In this document: positions 1 to 8,388 of the stretch, piece after piece | How the letters are laid out: every line of letters begins with the position of its first letter | Position numbering within the stretch: position 1 is the stretch's first letter | Source: Flavobacteriales bacterium UBA7382 | Lineage (GTDB): Bacteria; Bacteroidota; Bacteroidia; Flavobacteriales_D; Sanyastnellaceae | Assembly (NCBI GenBank): GCA_002469765.1 | Contig: DKNS01000101.1 | Span: 7,041-39,422 of the forward strand | Length of the DNA stretch: 32,382 nt | Reading direction: 5' to 3' | The notes under the pieces: model-generated | The model's input: only the letters and a program-made list of their open reading frames with translations | Databases searched by the model: none | What the model was told of the DNA's origin: nothing | Program-made: the position numbers and the translations under genes

Positions 1-734
1 TCCGCCGCCAACGCCTCGGCCTCGGCTTCTGCATCGGCGTTCAAGGCCGCCTCGGCACGGCCCTTTCCTGCGGTGGCCGCTTCGTCTCCAGGAATGAAAG
101 ACAAGGCCTTCTCGTACTCGTCGTAAGCGTCCTCCCAACGGCCTCGTGCCTCCGCCCGCTCACCGTCTTCCATGGCGTTGTCGTAACGCATCCGGGCACG
201 TGCCAAATCCTCTTCCAAGTTGGCCACCCGGTCCAATTCCTTGGCCACCTTGCGACGCATGTCGTTGGTGTGGCTCAGGTCAAACTCAATCCTCGCGCTG
301 CGTTCGTTGAACGTGGCAATGCCAATGGGCGTGTCCAGAAGCGATTCATCGAAACCCTCCACGTACCCGAACAAAGACATGTCCAGGTCGAAGGTGAATC
401 CATCATTCAGTGCGCTGGGGGGAACCGCCGCACCGTCGATTTGAACCCGCTTGGTCACCATCTCTGGCGCACTGAACTCAATCATGTAATCGCTCCGAAG
501 CGGCACGTCGAAGAAATACTTTCCGTTGCGGTCCACGTCGATTTGGTCAAAGGCTTCCCCATTCCGGATCACCCTCACTGTGACATCGTCCATCTTGTCA
601 CGGGTGTCCTCGTTTCTCAAGGTGCCGCTGACGACCAAGGACTGGCCCCACGCCTCCACAGATGCACCACACCCCAAGAGCAACCAGAGAACCGAAATGC
701 GCAGCGCTTGCGCAGAAAAGGATGTGGCGTTCAT
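1..734 (-). CDS. Secreted protein with carboxypeptidase-regulatory-like beta-sandwich domain followed by a helical E/A/R-rich region (3' end cut by window edge)
   Basis: Absent from the ORF track because it runs off the left edge. My reverse-strand translation from the ATG at 734 gives MNATSFSAQALRISVLWLLLGCGASVEAWGQ (signal peptide). It continues SLVVSGTLRNEDTRDKMDDVTVRVIRNGEAFDQIDVDRNGKYFFDVPLRSDYMIEFSAPEMVTKRVQID (CarboxypepD_reg-like pattern). The frame stays open to position 1. Confidence 0.6.
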   Translation of the reverse strand, partial: MNATSFSAQALRISVLWLLLGCGASVEAWGQSLVVSGTLRNEDTRDKMDDVTVRVIRNGEAFDQIDVDRNGKYFFDVPLRSDYMIEFSAPEMVTKRVQIDGAAVPPSALNDGFTFDLDMSLFGYVEGFDESLLDTPIGIATFNERSARIEFDLSHTNDMRRKVAKELDRVANLEEDLARARMRYDNAMEDGERAEARGRWEDAYDEYEKALSFIPGDEAATAGKGRAEAALNADAEAEAEALAA

Positions 735-840
735 GGAGGGTGTCATGTAGGTTTGCATCGTGCCAGGTCAGCCGAAAAATACAGGTTTCCAAGCAAAAGG
801 CCCATGGCCTGGGATGGGACCCAGCATTTGGGAATCCCAG

Positions 841-1923
841 ATGCTTCAGACTTCTTCCCAAAAACCCCTTGACGCCTTGGTGGTGGGGGCCGGCATTGTG
901 GGCATGAATGCCGCCCTGGAATTGGCGGCTAGACAACCCGATTGGCGCGTCGCCGTGGTCGACGCCTCACCCCTCGGCGGAGGCGGATCCACCAGAAATG
1001 CCGGCTTCACATGCTTTGGAAGCCCCAGCGAGCTGCTCGACGACTGGCACCAAATCGGTCCCAAAGCCACTGTGGATCTGGTGCGCATGCGCTGGAAAGG
1101 GTTGCAAGCTCTTCGTCAAATGTGGGGCGACGATGCCCTGGGCCACCGTGCATGTGGCGCGGTGGAAGCGTTCACCGACTCAGCCCTTTTTGAGGAGGTG
1201 ATGGCCTTTTTGCCCACCTTAAACAAAGCCCTTGAAGAGGTCTTTCAGGACACCCCATTTCAAGCCGACCCTGTGGAATCGGCCACACTGAAAGCCACAT
1301 GCGGCCAAATCAGAAGCCACCTGGAGGGTGACTTGAACACTGCGTCCATGATTCAGACCATGCGGGCAGGACTTGATCGGGCGGGCGTGGCGTTTTGGCC
1401 TGGTCTTAGGGTCGAGAACTTGTCCAACGCCGACGGCCTCTGGAACGTGATATGCGGGGCGCTGACCATCTCTGCCCGGCACGTTTTGCTGGCCACCAAC
1501 GCCTTCGCCCAGGACCTGATCGACTTGGATGTGCACCCGGTGGCCAACCAAGTGCTGGTCAGCGAGGTTATGCCTGGTCTGAAGTTGGACCACACCGTAC
1601 ACCACGACCGTGGCTACGTCTACGTACGGGAAATCGAGGGACGTCTGCTGATTGGAGGTGGGAGGCAATGGGACTGCCGAGACGACGACGAGGTGGGCGA
1701 ACGACTGACTGCGTGGGCCCGAAGGCATGTGGTGGGCTGCAGCCCATTCGAGGTGGCCCACCGTTGGAAAGGTCAATTGGGGATCGGGGCATCACGTAGA
1801 CCCGAAGTCAAGACCCTGCAATCAGGGCTTCATGCCGGCGTCAGGCTCGGTGGCATGGGCGTCGCCATCGGCACTACGGTTGGGCGAATGCTGGCGGATT
1901 TGGCCATTCGAAACCAGGCGTAA
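841..1923 (+). CDS. FAD-dependent oxidoreductase, DAO family
   Basis: ORF 760..1923. Rossmann motif DALVVGAGIVGMNAALELA followed by GGGSTRNAGF is typical of DAO-type flavoproteins. The ATG at 841 puts GxGxxG about 12 aa from the N-terminus, so the GTG at 760 is a less likely start. Confidence 0.85.
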   Translation: MLQTSSQKPLDALVVGAGIVGMNAALELAARQPDWRVAVVDASPLGGGGSTRNAGFTCFGSPSELLDDWHQIGPKATVDLVRMRWKGLQALRQMWGDDALGHRACGAVEAFTDSALFEEVMAFLPTLNKALEEVFQDTPFQADPVESATLKATCGQIRSHLEGDLNTASMIQTMRAGLDRAGVAFWPGLRVENLSNADGLWNVICGALTISARHVLLATNAFAQDLIDLDVHPVANQVLVSEVMPGLKLDHTVHHDRGYVYVREIEGRLLIGGGRQWDCRDDDEVGERLTAWARRHVVGCSPFEVAHRWKGQLGIGASRRPEVKTLQSGLHAGVRLGGMGVAIGTTVGRMLADLAIRNQA

Positions 1924-1965
1924 CCTTTTCCTGCGAAGTCGCGTAACGTGAGGGAAAGACCCCTC

Positions 1966-2631
1966 ATGTTGATTCCACATCTTCCATCTCGTTGGACCAA
2001 ACCTGGCCTCGTCCTCTGCGCACTCGTCCTTTCGAGCACCTGCTTCGCTCAGGGCCACAAACCTGGTTTTGAATGGGTGACTGGAACGGCCAAGGCCAAC
2101 AGCCTCTACACAGGGACCAGCATGGGCGTGAACATGTCCCAACAACTTCACGAAGGATTGAGCATGGACCTGACCGTCTTGGGTGGTCGCGCCGAGTTTG
2201 ACAACGGTTCGTTTGCTCACAACTCCCGCATGCGTGTGTACGGCGCTGTGTTCAATTACACCCCGTTTCACAGGCACACCCACGCGGTGAGGCCTTGGAT
2301 TGGAAGCGGCATCGGATGGATCAGCATGGTTCGTCAGGAATACGCTGTTCAGCCGCAAGAAGTCACGGCGCCCCAGATGTCTGAAGACGCACCGCCCATG
2401 GTGAGGAATTTCACAGCCGAGTTGCCCACAGAGCGGATGAGGCGGCTGGCCATGCCCGTGCGGGTCGGCATCGACGTGCAGCTGACTCGACGGTCCCACG
2501 CCACGCTGGGGGTGACTTTCGTGCCTGACCGCGACATCTTGTGGAGCATGACCCAAGTGGGCTTCGGATTCCAATTGGGACGCCCACGGAACTCCGTAAG
2601 GCCGCTGCTGTCTCCCCGGTTTTTGATCTAA
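1966..2631 (+). CDS. Putative outer-membrane beta-barrel protein (hypothetical)
   Basis: ORF 1948..2631, with ATG at 1966. The signal peptide MLIPHLPSRWTKPGLVLCALVLSSTCFAQG is followed by alternating hydrophobic/polar stretches (RVYGAVFNYTPF, WIGSGIGWISM, LGVTFVPD, QVGFGFQLG). The antisense ORF 1822..2658 is H/R/G/P-rich and looks non-coding. Confidence 0.5.
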   Translation: MLIPHLPSRWTKPGLVLCALVLSSTCFAQGHKPGFEWVTGTAKANSLYTGTSMGVNMSQQLHEGLSMDLTVLGGRAEFDNGSFAHNSRMRVYGAVFNYTPFHRHTHAVRPWIGSGIGWISMVRQEYAVQPQEVTAPQMSEDAPPMVRNFTAELPTERMRRLAMPVRVGIDVQLTRRSHATLGVTFVPDRDILWSMTQVGFGFQLGRPRNSVRPLLSPRFLI

Positions 2632-2639
2632 AAAAGAAT

Positions 2640-4214
2640 TCAGGCAATGCGCTCGCACATCGCCTCCACGGCGGCGCGCGCTACCCGCCGGCCGTCCATG
2701 GCCGCAGACAAGATGCCACCTGCATACCCCCCACCTTCACCGGTCGGGTACAACCCATCAAGTCCTGGATGCACCAACGCGTCCGGGGTTCTTGGGATTC
2801 GGACGGGGCTGCTCGTGCGAGATTCGGGGCCGATGACCACCGCTTCTGGGTGAAGGAATCCCTTCATCTTTTGGCCGAACGTCTTGAACCCTTCTCTCAA
2901 GCTGCGCGAGACCACGTCAGGCAGAACTTGGTCCAAGCGGGCAGGAACGACACCTGGGAGGTATGAGGTCTTGGGGAGGTCCCGAGAAGGCCGTCCGTGC
3001 ACGAAGTCTTTGAGGCGTTGGGCGGGGGCGGCTTGGGTTTGGCCCGCCTCTCTCCAACACGCTTGTTCCACAGCCTGCTGAAACAGGAGCCCACCCAGAG
3101 GGCCTTTAAATCCAAGTGGCTCCCAATCCTCTGGCCCCACTTGCACAACCATGCCTGAATTGGCGAAAGGATTGTTTCGCTTGGAAGGCGACCAACCATT
3201 GGTCACCACTTCGCCCGGAGATGTGGCGCATGGCGCCACGATGCCTCCAGGGCACATGCAAAAACTGTGCACCCCGCGCCCTTCCACTTGGCACACCAAG
3301 CTGTAACTGGCTGGAGGCAAGCGACCTACAACGGTCTCCCCGTGGTACTGCACTTCATCCACCCACCCCTGTGGATGCTCCACACGCACACCCAGTGCGA
3401 ACGGCTTGGCCTCCACCTCAAGTCCTTCCTCCACCATCATGTGGAACACGTCTCGGGCGCTGTGGCCTGTCGCCAACACGACCGCTTCGCCACGGAACAC
3501 TTGGTCTCCGGCCTTCACCCCACCGCAACGCCCCTCCTCACGGATCAGGCCGGTCACGCGGGTGTCGAAATGAACGACGCCGCCTGCTGCTTCGACGGTT
3601 TCTCGCATCGCCGTCACAACTGCAGGCAACCGATTCGTGCCGATGTGCGGATGAGACTCCACCAAAATGTGAGGATCTGCCCCATGGGCAACCAGCCATT
3701 CAAGCGCTTCCCGGATGTCTCCGCGCTTCTTGCTTCTGGTGTAAAGTTTTCCATCGCTGTACGTTCCGGCCCCGCCTTCGCCGAAGCAATAGTTGGATTC
3801 TGGGTTCACGAGGTGCTCTTTGTTGAGCTTGGCCAAATCCCTGCGGCGCGCCCGCACGTCCTTGCCGCGCTCCAGCACCACAGGCCGAACCCCAAGCTGG
3901 AGGCACTCCAACGCGGCGTAAAGCCCGGCAGGTCCCGCCCCCACCACGACCACGCTCGGCGCATCTTCAGGCAGCTTGGACCATGTCCACGTCGGGGAAA
4001 GCGTCTCTTTCCCCCAATCCACGAGCAACTGGGCTTGCACTGGCCGCCGCCGCGCGTCCCAACTTTGGCGAAGGATGCGCGGCGCCTCTTCCGCACCCAA
4101 CGGCGCCTTTCCTTGCTTGCGCAACTGTCGGTTGACTGCCGCGCGCAACGCCTCCGGATTGCCAATGTCTTCTGGCAACATCCGGACCTGGATTTGTGAA
4201 GAACTGCTACTCAT
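2640..4214 (-). CDS. NAD(P)/FAD-dependent oxidoreductase (COG2509-type uncharacterised FAD dehydrogenase)
   Basis: ORF 2640..4652 trimmed to the ATG at 4214 (MSSSSSQIQVRMLPEDIG...). Motifs: VVVVGAGPAGLYAALEC dinucleotide fold, FGEGGAGTYSDGKLYTR, ATGHSARD, FCMCPGG and YPTGEGGGYAGGI. The upstream extension overlaps the divergent E1 gene. Confidence 0.85.
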   Translation of the reverse strand: MSSSSSQIQVRMLPEDIGNPEALRAAVNRQLRKQGKAPLGAEEAPRILRQSWDARRRPVQAQLLVDWGKETLSPTWTWSKLPEDAPSVVVVGAGPAGLYAALECLQLGVRPVVLERGKDVRARRRDLAKLNKEHLVNPESNYCFGEGGAGTYSDGKLYTRSKKRGDIREALEWLVAHGADPHILVESHPHIGTNRLPAVVTAMRETVEAAGGVVHFDTRVTGLIREEGRCGGVKAGDQVFRGEAVVLATGHSARDVFHMMVEEGLEVEAKPFALGVRVEHPQGWVDEVQYHGETVVGRLPPASYSLVCQVEGRGVHSFCMCPGGIVAPCATSPGEVVTNGWSPSKRNNPFANSGMVVQVGPEDWEPLGFKGPLGGLLFQQAVEQACWREAGQTQAAPAQRLKDFVHGRPSRDLPKTSYLPGVVPARLDQVLPDVVSRSLREGFKTFGQKMKGFLHPEAVVIGPESRTSSPVRIPRTPDALVHPGLDGLYPTGEGGGYAGGILSAAMDGRRVARAAVEAMCERIA

Positions 4215-4256
4215 GCGTGAACTGCAAAGGTACCTCCTGCGTCTACCTTCGGGGCC

Positions 4257-6275
4257 ATGTCGGAAATGTTCCCACACAACCCCCTGAACTTCGACGGACG
4301 CGACTTGTCGGCGCACGAACAGCGTGACCTTTACGCCAAGCTGCTCCTGCCCAGGATGATTGAGGAGAAGATGATGTCGCAGCTCCGCCAAGGCAAAATC
4401 AGCAAGTGGTTCAGCGGGCTCGGTCAGGAGGCCATTTCTGTGGGGGTGGCAGCGGCCATGCCGCGCGACAAGTTCATCTTTCCGATGCACCGCAACTTGG
4501 GCATTTTCACCACCCGCGAAGTCCCGTTGGACCGGTTGTTTGCCCAATTCCAAGGCAAGGATCACGGGTTCACCAAAGGGCGTGACCGAAGCTTTCACTT
4601 CGGAAGCCCGGAGCACCACATCGTGGGCATGATCAGCCACCTCGGCCCGCAACTGGGCCTGGCCGACGGAGTGGCCCTTGCAGAGAAGTTGGAAGGCACC
4701 GGCGGATGTTCATTTGTGTTCACGGGCGATGGCGGTGCGTCAGAAGGTGATTTCCACGAAGCCGTCAACGTCGCAGCGGTGTGGCAGCTCCCCGTCATCA
4801 TCGGCATCGAAAACAACGCCTGGGGATTGTCCACCCCCAGCGAGCAACAATTTCGTTGCGCCCACTTCACCGACAAAGCGGTGGGCTACGGCATTCCCCA
4901 AGAAGACGCCATTCAAGTTGATGGAAACGACCTCTTCGACGTGTACCACAAGGTCAGCGACGCAGTTGAATCATTGCGCGAACGACAAAGACCCATCATA
5001 TTGGAATTCAAAACATTCCGAATAAGAGGTCATGAAGAAGCGTCGGGCACCAAATACTACCCTTCCGGCCTGATTGAACAGTGGTCGGAAGTCGACCCGG
5101 TGACCCGAATTCAAGCGCACTTGCGCGAGTCTGGAGTCTTGGACAAAGCCTTCGAAGAGGCCCTGACTGCAGAGCACAAGGCGCGCATCCAAGACGGACT
5201 CAAGCTCGCCGCTTCAAAGCCTGCCATCGAGGCCTCCACCACCGAAGAGCTGACCGACCGCTTTGCGCCAGGCACCCCCAAGGGATTGGAAGTCGTTCCC
5301 GACGCCCGAGGCAGGGAATTGCGGTTCATTGACGCCATCACCGAGGGTCTGCGCACAAGCATGGAGCGCCACCCCGACCTGGTACTCATGGGCCAAGACA
5401 TCGGCCAATATGGCGGCGTTTTCAAAGTCACCGACGGTTTTGTGGATCTGTTTGGCGAGGGTCGCGTTCGGAACACTCCCCTTTGTGAATCGGCCATTGT
5501 GGGCGCAGGCCTCGGGCTGTCAATCGCAGGAAAGAAAGCCATGGTGGAGATGCAGTTCAGTGACTTTGTCACGTGCGGCTTCAACCAAATCGTCAACAAC
5601 CTCGCCAAGATCCACTGGCGTTGGGGTCAAAAAGCCGACGTGGTCGTGCGGATGCCGACTGGCGGAGGGGTCGGTGCCGGGCCTTACCACAGCCAAAGCA
5701 CCGAGGCATGGTTCTTCCATGTGCCCGGCTTGAAAATCGCCTACCCCTCCACCCCTGGCGACGCGAAGGGGTTGCTCCGAATGGCCATCGACGACCCCAA
5801 CCCCGTGCTGTTCTTCGAACACAAGAACCTCTACCGAAGCCTGACAGGCCCAGTGCCTGAGGAAGACTACCTCCTTGAGTTTGGAAAAGGGCGTGTTGTG
5901 CGAGAAGGACAAGACGCCACACTCGTCACTTACGGCTTGGGTGTACAATGGGCAGAAGCAATGTTGGCTGCACACCCCGAATGGGACGTGGAGGTCATCG
6001 ACCTGCGCACCTTGCTGCCGTGGGACGAGGAACTGGTCATGGACAGCGTCACAAAAACCGGAAAAGCTTTGGTGCTCCACGAGGACACCATGACGGGCGG
6101 CATTGGCGCGGAAATCAGTTCACGCATCCACGAGTGTTGTTTTGAAGCTTTGGACGCCCCTGTGGGGCGAACGGCCAGCTTGGACACGGCTTTTCCGTTT
6201 GCCGAAGACTTGGAGCGCAATTTCCTGGCCAACACCAGGCTCGAAGAAGATTTGGAACAGCTGCTGAACCGCTGA
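4257..6275 (+). CDS. Fused E1 alpha/beta subunit of a 2-oxoacid (branched-chain/pyruvate-type) dehydrogenase, TPP-dependent
   Basis: 672 aa. The N-terminal half carries the TPP motif GDGGASEGDFHEAVNVAAVWQLPVIIGIENN. The C-terminal half is transketolase-like E1 beta (LMGQDIGQYGGVFKVTDGF, RNTPLCESAIVG, PNPVLFFEHK). A single-polypeptide alpha/beta fusion is common in Bacteroidota. Confidence 0.92.
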   Translation: MSEMFPHNPLNFDGRDLSAHEQRDLYAKLLLPRMIEEKMMSQLRQGKISKWFSGLGQEAISVGVAAAMPRDKFIFPMHRNLGIFTTREVPLDRLFAQFQGKDHGFTKGRDRSFHFGSPEHHIVGMISHLGPQLGLADGVALAEKLEGTGGCSFVFTGDGGASEGDFHEAVNVAAVWQLPVIIGIENNAWGLSTPSEQQFRCAHFTDKAVGYGIPQEDAIQVDGNDLFDVYHKVSDAVESLRERQRPIILEFKTFRIRGHEEASGTKYYPSGLIEQWSEVDPVTRIQAHLRESGVLDKAFEEALTAEHKARIQDGLKLAASKPAIEASTTEELTDRFAPGTPKGLEVVPDARGRELRFIDAITEGLRTSMERHPDLVLMGQDIGQYGGVFKVTDGFVDLFGEGRVRNTPLCESAIVGAGLGLSIAGKKAMVEMQFSDFVTCGFNQIVNNLAKIHWRWGQKADVVVRMPTGGGVGAGPYHSQSTEAWFFHVPGLKIAYPSTPGDAKGLLRMAIDDPNPVLFFEHKNLYRSLTGPVPEEDYLLEFGKGRVVREGQDATLVTYGLGVQWAEAMLAAHPEWDVEVIDLRTLLPWDEELVMDSVTKTGKALVLHEDTMTGGIGAEISSRIHECCFEALDAPVGRTASLDTAFPFAEDLERNFLANTRLEEDLEQLLNR

Positions 6276-6276
6276 T

Positions 6277-6810
6277 TCAGCGGCGGGCGCGCTGCACAAC
6301 ACGCGGATTCTTGATCATCGCCTCGACCTGCTTGATGTCACCCTTCAGCATGCCCTTGGTGTCGAGGCGCTTCGCCTCTTGAATCATCACCATGGCGCGC
6401 TTGCGGTCTTGTTTGGCGCTCAAACACACCGCCAAATTCAGTTTGACAGCCGCCTTGTCATGGTCTTGACGAAGGCCCAGGCTCAAAGCTTTGCGGAGGT
6501 TGGATTCCGCTTCATTCAGGTTGTGCTGCATCGTGACGCTGCCCAACAAAAAGTGGTAGTAGCCGCGCTGACCCGGCCAAAGCTGGGAAGGCTTGATGCG
6601 GTTAAGCCATTTCACCGAGTCCTCCATGCGCTGCATCCGAAGGTTGGCAAATGCCACAACCAAGCGCACGCTCCGAAGGTTGACCAACACGAGCACGATT
6701 GACAAGAGCGTCATGCCAATGGCCGATCCCCAGCTGCCCTGGGTGTACAACAACACGGTGTACGCAACCGATGCGGCGGCCACGAGAATCTTTAGAAGTC
6801 GGGTGATCAT
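6277..6810 (-). CDS. Small membrane protein with TPR-like C-terminal half (hypothetical)
   Basis: ORF 6277..7416 trimmed to the ATG at 6810 (MITRLLKILVAAASVAYTVLLY...). Two hydrophobic helices are followed by a helical-repeat-like region (YYHFLLGSVTMQHNLNEAESNLRKALSLG, AAVKLNLAVCLSAKQD). The longer version would overlap the divergent gene at 6850. Confidence 0.55.
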   Translation of the reverse strand: MITRLLKILVAAASVAYTVLLYTQGSWGSAIGMTLLSIVLVLVNLRSVRLVVAFANLRMQRMEDSVKWLNRIKPSQLWPGQRGYYHFLLGSVTMQHNLNEAESNLRKALSLGLRQDHDKAAVKLNLAVCLSAKQDRKRAMVMIQEAKRLDTKGMLKGDIKQVEAMIKNPRVVQRARR

Positions 6811-6849
6811 GACGGCAAAACTACTCCACACCGGGCGTACCTTCGTGTC

Positions 6850-7449
6850 ATGGCGCAGATCCTCAGGTTGCGTGTCATTTTGGACACGGAAGAAGACGTG
6901 TTTCGGGACATCGAAATCCAAACCGACGCCTCCTTGATGCACTTGCATTTCGCGGTGTTGGACGCGTTTGGATGGGAGGCTGGCGAAATGGCTTCTTTCT
7001 TCCAGAGCGACGAATCCTGGTCTCGTGGACAGGAATTCCCCTTGATGAACATGGGCGACCCCATGGCCGAGCAGGGCGACCAAACGGAGGAGGCCATGAC
7101 CCAACGCACAGTGGGCGACCTCGTGCCGTCTCTGGCAAGCCGCGCCATTTACGTGTATGACTTCCTCCGCATGTGGTGCTTTTACGTGGAGCCGGTGACG
7201 CTCGAAGACCCCAAGCCTGACGGAGCCTATCCAGCCCTTTGCCACGAGTTTGGGACGCCTCCCGCATTCGACAGCAAAGATGGCGAGCTGCTGGACGGCA
7301 TGGATTTGGACCTCGGCGAGAACGACATCAAGCCCACCCGAACAGGAGATCCCGAGATTGACGCGTACCTCGACGATGACGATGACGACGATGACGACGA
7401 ATTCGGCGGGGAACACCTGTCCATTGACGACCTAGACGGATTGATTTGA
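6850..7449 (+). CDS. pRiA4b ORF-3-like (PF07929-type) protein with an acidic C-terminal tail
   Basis: 199 aa. LRVILDTEEDVFRDIEIQTDASLMHLHFAVLDAFGWE and IYVYDFLRMWCFYVEPV resemble the family pattern (xxYxYDFGDxWxH). The C-terminus is acidic with a D9 run. The family call is from memory of the motif, not a search. Confidence 0.7.
   Translation: MAQILRLRVILDTEEDVFRDIEIQTDASLMHLHFAVLDAFGWEAGEMASFFQSDESWSRGQEFPLMNMGDPMAEQGDQTEEAMTQRTVGDLVPSLASRAIYVYDFLRMWCFYVEPVTLEDPKPDGAYPALCHEFGTPPAFDSKDGELLDGMDLDLGENDIKPTRTGDPEIDAYLDDDDDDDDDEFGGEHLSIDDLDGLI
7372..7398 (+). repeat. 27-nt GAY trinucleotide run encoding nine consecutive Asp
   Basis: Read directly: gac gat gac gat gac gac gat gac gac, in frame with the CDS 6850..7449. 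Confidence 0.9.
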
Positions 7450-7452
7450 TTG

Positions 7453-8388
7453 ATGGGGGTGGTGGTGAGCATCGTGGGGGCCACGGCCTCGGGCAAAACC
7501 GAACTTGCGGTTGCCTTGGCACAGCACCTCCAAACTGAGATTGTGAATGCGGATGCGCGCCAAGTCTACCAAGGCATGGCCATCGGCACGGCCCACCCCT
7601 CTGCCAACGAGCTGGCGGCGGCCAAGCATCACCTCGTGGACTTTCTCTCCCCTGCGGAACTGTTCAGCGCCGGGGCTTTTGAAGCCGAGGCTGTGCCAGC
7701 GCTGACGAAGCTGTGTGCAGCGCACGGAAGCGCCGTGCTGGCAGGCGGATCGGGCATGTACGTGGAGGCCGCACTGCGAGGGTTGGATCCGCTGCCGGCG
7801 GATTTGGCCTTGCGCGCCTCCTTGAACACGCGGCTGAAGAAAGAGGGCTTGACGCCTCTCCTGGAAGAGCTATGGAACCTGGACCCAACGCATGCGGACC
7901 GCATGGACACCTTCAACCCGCAACGGGTCGTGCGCGCCCTCGAAGTTTGCCTTGCCTCGGGCAAGCCGTTCAGCTCCTTCCACCACGGCGAACCCAAGCC
8001 ACGCCCGTGGCGCGTGGTGTCCATCGGATTGAACCCCGAGCGAAATGAACTTCGGGAGCGCATCGCCACAAGGGCCCAAGCCATGATGGAGGCTGGATGG
8101 CTGGAAGAAGCCAAGGCCTTGCTCCCCCATCGCCACGAAAATGCCTTGAACACCGTCGGATACAAAGAGCTCTTCGAACATCTCGATGGCAAGTGCTCCT
8201 TGGACGAGGCGGTCGAGTGGATCGTGACGCGCACCCGGCAGTTTGCCAAGCGGCAAATGACATGGTTCAAAAAAGACCCTGCCACGACTTGGTTTGACTA
8301 CACCGCCGACACACGAGGTGCTCAAATGGCGCAAGCGTTGGCCTTTGGCGTTGAACAAGTCGAGGCTTTGAACGATTCTCGTCTCTGA
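7453..8388 (+). CDS. miaA: tRNA dimethylallyltransferase
   Basis: ORF 7450..8388 starts with TTG at 7450 followed immediately by ATG at 7453. P-loop IVGATASGKT, then IVNADARQVYQGMAIGTAHPS, NPQRVVRALEV and RQFAKRQMTWFKK are classic MiaA motifs. Confidence 0.93.
   Translation: MGVVVSIVGATASGKTELAVALAQHLQTEIVNADARQVYQGMAIGTAHPSANELAAAKHHLVDFLSPAELFSAGAFEAEAVPALTKLCAAHGSAVLAGGSGMYVEAALRGLDPLPADLALRASLNTRLKKEGLTPLLEELWNLDPTHADRMDTFNPQRVVRALEVCLASGKPFSSFHHGEPKPRPWRVVSIGLNPERNELRERIATRAQAMMEAGWLEEAKALLPHRHENALNTVGYKELFEHLDGKCSLDEAVEWIVTRTRQFAKRQMTWFKKDPATTWFDYTADTRGAQMAQALAFGVEQVEALNDSRL

Noticed and set aside
1822-2658. 278-aa minus-strand ORF opposite the putative beta-barrel gene
   Set aside because: It is H/R/G/P-rich with no signal or motif, whereas the plus-strand frame has a signal peptide and beta-strand periodicity. 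This remains the weaker of my strand decisions.
3267-4199. 310-aa plus-strand ORF, and the 4215..4652 upstream extension of the COG2509 ORF
   Set aside because: The first is antisense to the FAD dehydrogenase. The extension overlaps the E1 gene start and precedes an ATG that gives the expected protein length.
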